NCBI GenBank assembly: GCA_937625935.1
Contig: OW569348.1
Span: 124,001-188,000 of the forward strand
DNA from: Tetramitus jugosus
Lineage: Eukaryota > Protista > Heterolobosea
Length of the DNA: 64,000 nucleotides
Reading direction: 5' to 3'
The notes under the pieces are model-generated. The model made no database searches. It saw only the letters and a list, made by a program, of their open reading frames with translations, and was not told the origin of the DNA. The position numbers and the translations under genes are program-made. Numbering within the stretch: position 1 is the stretch's first letter; each line of letters starts with the position of its first letter. Shown piece after piece: positions 13,645 through 25,300 of the stretch.

Positions 13645-16600
13645 ATGACTACCACAACACCATCTTTTAAGCATATTGTTTGGATTGTTTGTTTGGTTGC
13701 CTTTGCTGTGCTCTTTCCCCATACTGAGAGTATTTCTTTCGGTACAGTATTCACGATTGATGACAACGTGACACATCAAGTCACTAGTATCAAGGTACGC
13801 AACTCTCTCGAAAGCTATGCAACTTTCAAAACTGACAATCCAAGTGCCACATTATTGTCCAATTCACTTGGTTCTATCACTGTCTCTTCAGCAGGAAGGA
13901 CAATTGTCGCAAAGTTTGACTCGTTGAAACAACAAGGGTATCACTGGGCCACAGGAATAGACTCTGGAGTGCTATCCTATGTTCCATATCTGTTACCGTC
14001 GTGTGACAATCAAAGTATAATTATCGTTTTCCCAAACTGTACTGGAAGTTTTCCGCAGTTTGGTGTTAGTGATGCTCAGGGTGTTTATGCAGTGATTGCA
14101 AAGTATGATTCTCAGGGTAGGAATGTCTGGTTCAAGTTCATTTCTCAATCGAGTACATACTCAGGTGATGTCATGGTGTCCAATGCACACATTTCGTGTG
14201 ATAGCGGTGTAGATTCTGTCTTCTTGGTAGGCCCACTGAATAACGCTCAGTTGGCGTTCGATTGTCCTTCGAAGAATCAACAAGCTGATGTCAGTGCCTA
14301 CGTAGCCAAATTCAATCAAACAGGCGATTGTGTTTGGGCATCTGCTTGGACAAATTCTACTGTGACAGCCGTCTCATCAGATTCTCAATACATCTTTGTG
14401 GCAGGAGCTTTCATAGGAGAGGCACACTTTAAGAACTCGTATTTCACTCAAAAAAATACGAGTTTGAATGACATTTACATGTTTAATGTGAACAAGATCA
14501 GTGGAGCATTTATTCGTGGAACTCAGATCTCTGCTTTTTATTCAGGATCTGTCCTCGAAGTAGTTTCTGCAGATGCTAATTCATTCTATATGGCTACCAA
14601 TCTACTTTGGAGAATTGGGGACTTACCAACGATTTTACTATTGAAAGGCTCCAAAACTGGTCCTTCATTAGCCTGGAGCGAATTTGTCTTGTCTCCATCA
14701 GATTACATTTCCTTTGTCGCCTCTGATATGGAGACGACAAAGGATGGATCTATTCTTTTGACGGGATGGTGCAATGGAAATGGTACAATTAATGGTACCT
14801 TTTCCACTATTTGTGGAACAGGATCTCAAACTGGTTTCGTTGCCAGGTATGACTCAGATGGAAATGGTGTGGAGATTTTAACAGTTGTAAATTACTCTGC
14901 TGCAACTGGTATTGCACTCTCTGTCGGATCTGACAACTATGTGCTGGCAATGGGGCACAGCGAAGCTCCTTCTACTATCGGAAGTGGGCAGAGAAACTTT
15001 ACTGGCACCAACAAGTTTAATTTTGTCGTCGAACTGTTGGAAGGTCCTTCCATTTATTGTTATGGAACCAACAAGTATGAACCATCTGTTTGTAGTGGAA
15101 ATGGTAATTGTGGAGCTACTGATACTTGTACTTGTAAATACGGATACATTGACGATGACTGCTCACAGTTGGCCTGTTACAATATCTCATCTGGAGATGC
15201 GAATGTATGTTCGGTACATGGTCAATGTAATGGTCCTGATTTGTGTTTGTGCGATTCTGGGTATGCTGGTCGAGAATGTGAGCTTTATCAGGATCCTTTT
15301 ACTTTTGAAGTACCTAGTAATGGCAGTGGAACTATTTCTTCTTGCATGGTGCCTTACTACTCTCCAAAGTTCATCCCAGGTATCATTGTTACAAATTTTA
15401 CTTGGTTTTTCATCCAAGACGGTGCTATTTCTGAGAAAATTACATACTTGTCCTTACCTCAAGATTATTCACCTACACACTCGAATGTTCACCATGGGAC
15501 GTACCAGGTAGTAGGCGAGTTGTATTATCAGCTCTCAGGAGTTACAGTGTATCGTAATGCTTCCGTACTTGGTCGTGCAGATTGTTCAATTTGCTTCGCT
15601 TTCAATGCTTCTAATTGTCGATATCGCTTCGCATTGAGCGACAGTACTTTGAGCAACAGCATCACTAACGGTTCTACGACGTCGATTAATCGAATGAAAA
15701 GCTATGGATTGATATTAGACAGTGAGGATCTTGCCACCAATAATGAGATTGCAGGTTTACAGTTGGATTGGGAGACCTCAATTCAATCACAAGAGACGAA
15801 CATCAGAGTAGTATCTTCAAATTCTTCATTTATCATTTCTCCCCTTGATTCCATGGGAATGAGTCCCATTGACATCAATATCACCCTACAATTGAAGATA
15901 CCCTACTTGGAGTGGCAGGTGATGTCATTCACCTTGAAGATTCTAGCGTCAAAAGACATCTCCCCCCAAGGAGTTACTCCATTGATCATTACACCACATG
16001 AGGGCTACAGTCTGAAAGATCGCTTTAACTTTCAGGCAGTAAATTGGCTCTATAGTGGATTGATATACTCATTTTCTTATCAGGATCCCTTTACTCGAGA
16101 CTATGTGAGATTTGGGGAATCAAGATCACCATTCATCAATGCTGGTCTCCCTCCTGTCTTCACCAATTCTGTTCTATCGATACGTCTTAAAGTTTTCAAT
16201 CCAGACAATGGAGACTATGGGTCAGCCGAACAACAGATTACTGTTAAGCCCTCTTTTGTTGCTGGACTCTTATCGCAGAAGTTAGATGAATCGATTGCAA
16301 CTGACGATTATACAACGACACTAGCCATAGCTAGTCATATTCGAGGGGCAACTCCGCAAGAGATTGAAGCCAATACTAGTGAGATGAAGGATATTATTCA
16401 CAGAGTTTTAGAATATACAGCCACAAGGGTTGTACTGGATTCCGTATCGATCGAACAGCAACTCATAGTTGTTGATATGGTAACGACGAATGAACTGCTC
16501 ATATCTAATCAAGATAAGGGAACTGCTCTAAATATTGCTTCAAAAATCATCGATATTGATCTTACAAACTCGTCGATCTCATACGTGTCAAGCAGCGGAT

Positions 16601-18684
16601 ATCAAAGAATTACGAATATTATTTCAAACATCGCTGTTGGTGGTTTTACGAACAAGACTGTGGCACAGCAAGCTGTACAAACAGGAGAAAACCTGGCCAA
16701 GTTGATTGCATCAAGATTGGTCGTAGGTGAGTCTCCCGCAAACTTCATCGCTTCAGATTTCAAGGTGACTGTGGTTGTTGGTAGGATGTCACGTATCGCG
16801 AATACGACCATCCAAACGAATGGAAGCACAATTGATTCATTTTATATTCCGTCTCAATTTGCAACTAATGTGAATTCAGATACTGTATCATCCTCAATCT
16901 TAGTTTTTCAAAACAATCCCTATGAGAATCAATCAAATGGTTCTTTTGCGGGAGGAGTCTCGAGTCCTGTAATAGATATTAAGTTTAACAGCTTGGATGG
17001 CTCTTTGCTTGTAGTAGCCAATTTGACTCAACCCCTACTCATCAATTTTAATAGGAGCAAAGCAAAACAACAAGGAGCTTGTCCTGAGGCTACCTTCCAA
17101 TGCCGATATTGGAGTGCGTTAGAACACAAGTGGAAAACAGATGGCTGTTACTGGATAGGAAATGAGAGCGACGAATTCATATCCTGTGCCTGCAACCATA
17201 CAACCAGTTTTTCAGCTTTTGTCCTCGAGAAGGGTGATTCTTGTGTGGTTTACGCAGGTATCAAGATGACAGATATTATCTTCAACTCCATATATCTTCT
17301 CGCATGTGTACCTATTTTGATTGGGCTATTCATAACTCACAAACAGCAACCTATGAGATCCAGATACATTGCACCCTTCCTTGGGATGATTGCCATCATT
17401 GTTGATAGTGTTGTTCAGGGCTTGATTCGTAACTCACTATCATTGGCACAAAAGAGGGATGCATCAGACGTGTTCTCATATGTCATCATGTTGACTGCCA
17501 ATCCATTGTTTGTGACAGCATTGTTTGTTTTCTTGTGGCAACAAGTAAGGTTTCTATTGCTGCAAAACATTTATTACTTGATGCCATCAGCAAACAATTC
17601 ATCCCAAAAGAACTTTATTCGTTTGAATCGAGTACTCGCATCAAAGGAATTGTTTGTGATAGTGACCGTCTTCGTTGGATCATTGGTGCTTTCTTGCTTC
17701 GCTGTATTTGTGGGCTTTGCTGCTCACTACAATAACACAGGAGCTACGGAGAAAAGGAATACTGTAGTAATTGCCCAAGCGGTCGTATTTGCTGCACTAT
17801 TGTTCATTGTGTCCATAGGAATACTCATTACACTCACTATCGATGTCGTCTTCTCAGTCAAACAAGAATCAGCTCCTAAGAGGGCATTGGACTATCATAC
17901 ACACAATCAGCAAGTTCATATCAAGAGAGCGAAAGGATTAAGCCTTATTAAGAATCATTTCCGCAGTGATCCATTACTATTCAGAACTGAAGCAGTCATG
18001 ATCTTGGTCACTGTGTTCCTACTTATTGTTCTTTATTCGATTGGAATTGCAACCATTGTTCAAAATTCCAAAGCAATGTCGCCAATTATGATTGTTCGAA
18101 CCATTTGTGAGATTCTATTCATGTTCGCGAGGATACTTGCATTTGGAGGATACATCTTGATGGTCAGTATTGGGAATGTGATAAGAGGAAGGAGGTTGAC
18201 TACAGAACACCAGCAATTATCATCTGCAACACTGACCAAAGAAACGATTCAAGATCAAATGGTGCTCGATGTTCTGAGACATTCTTCAGGTTATCACCTC
18301 GTGTTTGACTTTTGTCGAAAGGAATTCTCCCTGGAGAATCTTTTATTGTGGAGAGAGCTCGAAACAATCCGTGCCACTAATCTTCTGATGACCATTGAGG
18401 AGAGGAGAAAATCTTTGACAGATATTCAAGGTATGTACATCGATAACAACAGCGAGAGACAATTGAACATCTCCAATCAACGCAAAAAAGTGTTCCTCCA
18501 GGTTTCAAACATGTCAGAACCTTCGGCTGCCGACGCTGAAGAAGCTTTTGCCCACTTGTATGGTGCTTGCGTGATGAACATCGCGGACACCATGACTCGA
18601 CTCAGAAGTACCGAAGCGTTCCGGGTTTATGACCTAGCAAAGAACACATCGATGGAGTTGCGAAAGGGCTGCTTCGCAGGCTAA
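13645..18684 (+). CDS. Adhesion-GPCR-like receptor: signal peptide, beta-rich repeats, EGF-like repeats, GAIN/GPS, 7TM, C-terminal RGS domain
   Basis: Signal peptide; EGF repeats CSGNGNC..CTCKYGY; GPS CRYW..WKTDGC..CACNHTTSF; seven hydrophobic segments; RGS signature FDFCRKEFSLENLLLW..YIDNNSERQLNIS. Confidence 0.9.
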   Translation: MTTTTPSFKHIVWIVCLVAFAVLFPHTESISFGTVFTIDDNVTHQVTSIKVRNSLESYATFKTDNPSATLLSNSLGSITVSSAGRTIVAKFDSLKQQGYHWATGIDSGVLSYVPYLLPSCDNQSIIIVFPNCTGSFPQFGVSDAQGVYAVIAKYDSQGRNVWFKFISQSSTYSGDVMVSNAHISCDSGVDSVFLVGPLNNAQLAFDCPSKNQQADVSAYVAKFNQTGDCVWASAWTNSTVTAVSSDSQYIFVAGAFIGEAHFKNSYFTQKNTSLNDIYMFNVNKISGAFIRGTQISAFYSGSVLEVVSADANSFYMATNLLWRIGDLPTILLLKGSKTGPSLAWSEFVLSPSDYISFVASDMETTKDGSILLTGWCNGNGTINGTFSTICGTGSQTGFVARYDSDGNGVEILTVVNYSAATGIALSVGSDNYVLAMGHSEAPSTIGSGQRNFTGTNKFNFVVELLEGPSIYCYGTNKYEPSVCSGNGNCGATDTCTCKYGYIDDDCSQLACYNISSGDANVCSVHGQCNGPDLCLCDSGYAGRECELYQDPFTFEVPSNGSGTISSCMVPYYSPKFIPGIIVTNFTWFFIQDGAISEKITYLSLPQDYSPTHSNVHHGTYQVVGELYYQLSGVTVYRNASVLGRADCSICFAFNASNCRYRFALSDSTLSNSITNGSTTSINRMKSYGLILDSEDLATNNEIAGLQLDWETSIQSQETNIRVVSSNSSFIISPLDSMGMSPIDINITLQLKIPYLEWQVMSFTLKILASKDISPQGVTPLIITPHEGYSLKDRFNFQAVNWLYSGLIYSFSYQDPFTRDYVRFGESRSPFINAGLPPVFTNSVLSIRLKVFNPDNGDYGSAEQQITVKPSFVAGLLSQKLDESIATDDYTTTLAIASHIRGATPQEIEANTSEMKDIIHRVLEYTATRVVLDSVSIEQQLIVVDMVTTNELLISNQDKGTALNIASKIIDIDLTNSSISYVSSSGYQRITNIISNIAVGGFTNKTVAQQAVQTGENLAKLIASRLVVGESPANFIASDFKVTVVVGRMSRIANTTIQTNGSTIDSFYIPSQFATNVNSDTVSSSILVFQNNPYENQSNGSFAGGVSSPVIDIKFNSLDGSLLVVANLTQPLLINFNRSKAKQQGACPEATFQCRYWSALEHKWKTDGCYWIGNESDEFISCACNHTTSFSAFVLEKGDSCVVYAGIKMTDIIFNSIYLLACVPILIGLFITHKQQPMRSRYIAPFLGMIAIIVDSVVQGLIRNSLSLAQKRDASDVFSYVIMLTANPLFVTALFVFLWQQVRFLLLQNIYYLMPSANNSSQKNFIRLNRVLASKELFVIVTVFVGSLVLSCFAVFVGFAAHYNNTGATEKRNTVVIAQAVVFAALLFIVSIGILITLTIDVVFSVKQESAPKRALDYHTHNQQVHIKRAKGLSLIKNHFRSDPLLFRTEAVMILVTVFLLIVLYSIGIATIVQNSKAMSPIMIVRTICEILFMFARILAFGGYILMVSIGNVIRGRRLTTEHQQLSSATLTKETIQDQMVLDVLRHSSGYHLVFDFCRKEFSLENLLLWRELETIRATNLLMTIEERRKSLTDIQGMYIDNNSERQLNISNQRKKVFLQVSNMSEPSAADAEEAFAHLYGACVMNIADTMTRLRSTEAFRVYDLAKNTSMELRKGCFAG

Positions 18685-19367
18685 CCAGACGACTCGGATG
18701 TTCTCAATAAACCAATAATACAGCGAACATCTAAAACCCAATCCAACAACCTGAAATCCGTTCCCTTCAAAGGTGGTACTTTAAATACGTAAATTAAAAT
18801 AAATAGAGTGTAATATGAATTATTCGACAGTAGTTCAGAAATTGTAGTTTATTAATAAATTTCAAGTTTATAACGATCACATATTTTATTCGAATCTATA
18901 ATGCTCAATTAAGTATGGATGTAAATTTATTGAATTAATTATTGATCTTCACATGGTATGACTTGACAACATGTTCGTGACATACTTATTTACGAGTTTC
19001 TGCTGAATTGTGAAACGCTCTCGCCTAACAACAATATTTCAGTCTCCGAGTTTCAATCGGCTCTCTCTACATACCTCATGCTATTGCTGTTGTGAGGTTC
19101 ATGCTCAAGTGAATTGCATACGAAACCCTTTATGTCACAATGTATGTCACAATGGAGTAGGATTGGGTGAGCCACATTGACATAAAGTGTTTCATATGGG
19201 ATCTGCTCGCGTCACAAACATTACAACAGCAATAGCAAAACAGAGCGAAACTCAAAATTTCGAGTTAGGAATTTATGATATGACGGGTGAAGGATGCGTC
19301 AACTTTTGACAGGCACAAACAAACGATATTTGGCGACAAAAAAACAAACAAGAAAAAACAGAGAGGT

Positions 19368-22300
19368 ATGGCATCATCATCATCATCCTCTGGTGGTGTA
19401 GGTTGGAATAAGCTTAATAAACAAGCAACAGTTGTTTTCTCTAGACCCAGTTATGGCAAACATCAATTGTCATTGAACGAGGGATCCAAGATTCAAATCA
19501 TTGGTGAATCATCCAATCAGAGTGGATGGTACAAGGTCAAATACAATAATAATCAAATTGGAATCTATCCTTCCAATTATGTAAAGATTGAAGACAACAA
19601 CAATAACAATAGTTCAGCACTGGTTGTTGATTCATTGGAGAGAATTGAAAAGCAAGACAAGGAAAAGTACAGGAGGGCACTGGAGAGAAGAGCACCGACT
19701 GCTCTTGAACTCATGCACTGTTCCTCTCAGAATGCACTGGCCAATGAAATTCTTCAAGTGTTGAGAGAATGGAGCATCGAATTGAACAAGTTGAAGAATG
19801 ACAAGAGCACGAGACAAGAGTTTTTAAATGTCAAGAGACAAATGGCTACACTGGTGGGTCTCCGCAAACAAATTATTCAATTGGAATTGTCCAATTATCA
19901 TCATCATCATCATCATCAGAATAACAACAACAATAACACCAATAATAACAACAACAACAACAGTCATATGAATGTCAATAGTATCAGTGGTGTCAACAAT
20001 ATTCATCATGCCAAACTAAAGGAACTATCAGACAAGGTCATCTCTGTCATAGAAGAAGGTAGTCGTCAATTGAATCTCGATCTCATTGTCAGAGTAGAAT
20101 CAGATGGCAGTAGTAGTAGTAGTACCAACAACAACAACAATTCTACTACTACTTCTACTACTACTACCAGTGCTACTGCTACAAGTGCAAATAACAACAA
20201 TACATCTGCTGCAAGCAGTGACAATAAGAAGAAGAATAGAGGACAGCGTGCTCATGAAGACAATACACCAATTGTTGACTTGTATAGACAGTATCAACAG
20301 ACTCAGAGAAGAGAAATGGAAGTGAGATTGAGAAGACAATTGGAACAGACGTTGCTTCAATACCAACAACAATCCAATAACAGTATGATTACTACTGCTG
20401 CTACTGCTACTGCTACTGCTACGAACAACAACAATCACCCATATCATAATCATAATAACAATAACAATAACAACAATAATAACAACAATCAAGTCATGAA
20501 CAACACGAGTGCATCCAGTTTAGAAGACAAGAGAACAGCACTCATTAGACGTGTCATCAAGAATTATGATCCAACAGATAGAGTCCAACGTGTCAAACAC
20601 ATGTATCAACTACCAGAGAATCACAATTCCAACAACAACAATAGTGTCGCATTCCTGTTGGATGTCAAGGCTTGTTTGTTCACCATGGGTGAACCAACTG
20701 AACTCTACTTTTCACTGTACAATGCTCAATCGAGAGAATTCATTACGGAAGAGTACATGGTCGAGTTGACGGCACTCGGTATGCCAAAGGACGAACGACT
20801 CATTCAAAACATTCGATGCATGTTCACTGACATTAGTGAATATCATTACACGAGTGATTTGCACATGATTTGTCGCATCTATCGTAAGGGTAAGATGACA
20901 TTGGATGAGAAGGCAATTGTCAGCAGCTCTGAACTCATCAAAAAGTCCAAAATGTCCTCATCTTCTTCATCATCATCATCATCTGATCCAAACAATATCG
21001 ATGTGGACGATGTAGAAGAAGAAACATTCTATAGGAGACCGTTTGCATGCGCTGTATTGCCACTCACTCCTCCCATCATTTCTCAATTCTTGATGGAGGG
21101 CAAAGAGTTTGCTCCAGGTAATCTCGCACTGTACTATGCCACCAATGAACAACAGTTTGCAAAGTTGCACGAATTGATTATTCATGACGCACAGTACAAC
21201 AATTATCACTCGAGTGGTGCTCATTCGGGTAGTGGTACTGGTGGTGATGGCATGGGTGTCGGTGGAGGCATGGGTGGTGATGACAGTGGTGGTGGTGGTG
21301 GTGCAATGGGTGGTGGTGGCACAGGTGGTGGTGGTATGATGGGTGGTGATGCGGGTGGCAATGATGGCATGGGTGGAGGTACAGGTGGTGCTGACGGAAC
21401 AGACTACAACGATTTCCATTCTCATCACTTTTCACACACCATGGGTGGTTATGAAAAGTTGCCTCATTCGAGAGCCATTGGTATCGCTGTTGGCATTACC
21501 ATGTATCACGGTAAGACAACCGCTCAGATTATTGATACGACTCCACAGCTCAAACCAGGCAAGACTGTGTGTCTCGTTCGACCACTGCACTTCCCACAAG
21601 TCATCTCACCAGACGAGAGAAGAAACACTCTGTACATTACATTGGCCAACAGTCAATTGAACGATGGAAAGAATGTCAAGGTATCATGCCGTGTCATTCT
21701 CAAGTCATCTGCTGCTGCTTCTTCAGACGCTGGTGGTCCATCAACAGTGCGCTGCATTAGAAGATATGCTGGCTTGCACAAGGAACCCACTCACTTTTAT
21801 CACAGTGCAGTGTACTACCATGTTCACAATCCGTGCTTTAATGAGACATTGTGCATCGATTTGTCTCCCAGTCAATTGGAAGACGCCGTGCTTGTCTTCC
21901 TGTTCTCCAACTGTAACAACACAAAGCAGAAATCGGATCGATTTGCAGTGGGATTCCTGGACGTTGTGGATGCCAACTCTGGTGTCATTATACCCAACGC
22001 ACGTGACACTCGAATCGAACTGTACAAGTACTCGGCCAAGGACATGGACAAGAATTTGGTGCTGTATGCCAAGGATGTGGCCGCACGTAAGAAATTGACT
22101 GCACTCTCTGCATCGAGCAACTATTTGAGCATTGGCACTCGATTGGTGTCCACTCGTTGCACACAGGACATTCACTTGAACCAATTGTTAAAGTACAGTC
22201 AACAGAAGCAACAGATTCCTCTGGAAGCTCTGTTGAATCAATTCTCCTATGTGAGTATGCAAGATGTGGTCAAGTACATTCGTGATACAGCAGATGCCCT

Positions 22301-25300
22301 GTTTGGCATCTTGATCTCGCGCAACGATGAGAAGGCTGCCGAGTTGGTGTTTGCATCACTGTTGAGAATTATTGATGCGTTGAGCAACAAGAACTTTGCC
22401 CACTTCCGTCGCAGCTTGGACGAATACGTGGACAAGTACTTCAATTTCCCACAACCACAGATACACAAGTGGTTCTTGCACTGCTTGATTCACAATTTGA
22501 CATGGGATGAGAGTGATAAGAGAAAGGCAAAGCTCGTCTCACAGACACTGAGAGCCTTCCACTACATGTTCCGTTTCATTGTCGCTTCCAGAAGCAAGTG
22601 TGAGAGACAACTGGCTGTCAACAACAACAACAATAGCAGTAGCAACAACAACAACTTTGGTGATATGATGAGTTCGAGCGAGTACATGTCTCAGACTGAA
22701 TTGGTGTTCTCCTTGTTGAACAAGGTGATTGCCATCCAGAACAACACATCGCTCATTGCTGCTCAGGATCTCATGCTCAAGTTCATTGGACCACTGTTTG
22801 AAGTCATGAGTGACATTTTCCCCAGTGGTGGCAATTATATTCTACTGGGTAGAATCACTCGTCAATTCATGCAATCCATTCCAGATACCGGCAGATCCAA
22901 CACAACAGAGGGTAAGCTCTTTATTGCCAGTTGTGTCGCCAGTGGTAACATGCTGATGAGAGGTGAACCCAGAATTGAACTCATGAGCTACTTGATTGGC
23001 ATCATCAAGCATCACATGAACCGAACGAACACGGAGAGAAGAATGAGTGTCAAAGTGTTGGCCAACATTGTGGGCACGCTGCAGAGAATTCTGATTGAAG
23101 ATTCTGACAATCCACACCAAAAGGAAAACACTTCCAATTCACTCTCTGTTCAAACCAGTGTGCTCAACATGTTTGAATTGTTGCCAGTAATCCACATGGC
23201 GCTCAGTGAACTAAAGAAGCAATCTCTGGAAGCAAAGAACAGAATTGTCATGAACAACAGTTCCAACGGATCTCAACTCAGCACTGCCAATAGCAACAAC
23301 AATACGAACAACAATGCCAATAACAATAACAAGATGGGCGCAAATAATGGCTCTGCTGCATCGCCAGTACCCGCTACTGCCATTGCCGCTGCTGCACCTC
23401 CTTCTCCTACGACACCAACTGCTGCCAACCCAGCATCCAATCGTAGTGGATCACTGAATGATGATGAATCGTTCGAATTGAATGAAGAGTTGCAAAAGAT
23501 TGAAGAATTGAGAGGAGAGTTGACATCGACCATATTGGCCATGTTCTACGTCATGGACTACAACATGCTGTCCACAGTGTTGTCATCATCCACGTCAGAC
23601 AAATCACAGTCCATTGAGCAAATGTTTGACATTTTGCAAGATGTGATCGAGTACTCACCCATTCCAGAGTATTGGATTGCGTTCAATGTGTTCTGCTACC
23701 ATACCATCTATCGTCACTTCCAACACATTGTTTCCTACATGCAGACTCACTTTTTGCCCAACAAGACATTCCAATATCCATTGTGGAACCGTGCACTGAG
23801 CCTAGCAATCAGCTTTGCACGAACAAAGTTCCTCCAAGTGCAAGGCTATTCACTGTCCAAGCAGACAAAGATTCTCGTGCATGGAGACATGAGAGCTCTC
23901 ATGGTCAAACAGTTGAGAGAACTGTGGGAGTCGTACACTGCTGAACAACAAATGAACTTTGTGCCACACTTGTTGGACCCAATGTTGCGATTGGCTGCCA
24001 CTATTCCCAAGAAGGAAATCAACGTTGATGCACTCAACATTTACTATCGCATCCTCCAGTTGGAGTACCAGTCGACCAAACAGTTGCGACAGTGTCAAGG
24101 TATCACTGGTAGCATCCTGGATGAATACATTGTCAAGGACCAAATCGATAGCACATTCAAGCACTTCTTTGAACAAGTGTTGGCAGAAAAGTTCCAATCG
24201 GATGAGTCACTCCGTGTCGAAGGAACCAAATTCCTGGACAATACGAAGATGTTGATCGATTTGATTGCTGCCGTGCAAAAGTACAATGATGATCAAGAGG
24301 ATCAGAAGACAACTAGTTTGATCAAGGTGATGCAATATGTGGCCACATCGGATCAACAAGAAATCTACTTCAAGTACGTTCATGCATTGGCTGATGTTCA
24401 CTTGCACAATGAGAATTATGTGGAAGCAGCGTTGGCACTCATGCTTCACGCGGATCATCTCTCCTTCCAATCTACCAACGTGCTACCACCGATTGGCTCA
24501 CTGTTTCCTCAGGAGAAGGAGCGTGATCGTAAGATTGGTCTCTACATGAAGGCCCTCGAGTACTTTGATAAGGGCAAGGACTGGGAGAGAGCCATCCAAT
24601 TGTCTCGCGTCTTGGCACCACTGTTCGAGAAGGAGACATTCGAGTATGACAAGTTGGCAGAGATGCTACGACTACAGGGAGAATTGTTCCTCAAGATTGC
24701 CACACAAAAGAGACTGTACGCCAGTTATTTCTATGTGGCATACTATGGAAAGTCATTCCAGGAGATGGGACTCCGAAACAAGGAATTCATCTACAAGGGA
24801 TTCGAAGCCGAACGTCTCATGGACTTTGTGGAACGTATCATGAAACGGTTCCCCAATGCTGAAATGTTGAAACCAATGGAACCAGTGTCCGAAGAGAAGA
24901 TGAACGGTGAGGGTCAGTACATTCAGATCATGACCGTCTATTCCTCGTGCTTTGCCGATATTCACAGCCGTTGTGCACCACGACCAAGAAATGAACTCGT
25001 GAGTCAGAACATTGCTGCCTATGACATTTTGAACAACAATGTGCGCGTGTTCATGTACAGTAAGACATTCTTACAAAAGAATGCCAACGAAGGCAAACCT
25101 GCCAACGACTTCCGCTGCATGCACACCAATTTCACCTTTTTGGAGATTGGAGAGGAGAATGAGAATACAAAGAACGTGTTCAATCCCAATCAATTCCCAT
25201 CCATTGTCAGACGAAAGCCAATTCTGAAGAAGACGGAAGTGTTGTTGACACCGGTGGAGAATGCAGTCAAGAACATTTTGGACAGAAATAGTGAATTGAT

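Noticed and set aside
18690-19360. AT-rich spacer with short tandem TATGTCACAATG duplication (~19131-19155)
   Set aside because: Only two short copies; no TIR, TSD or RNA fold that I can support.
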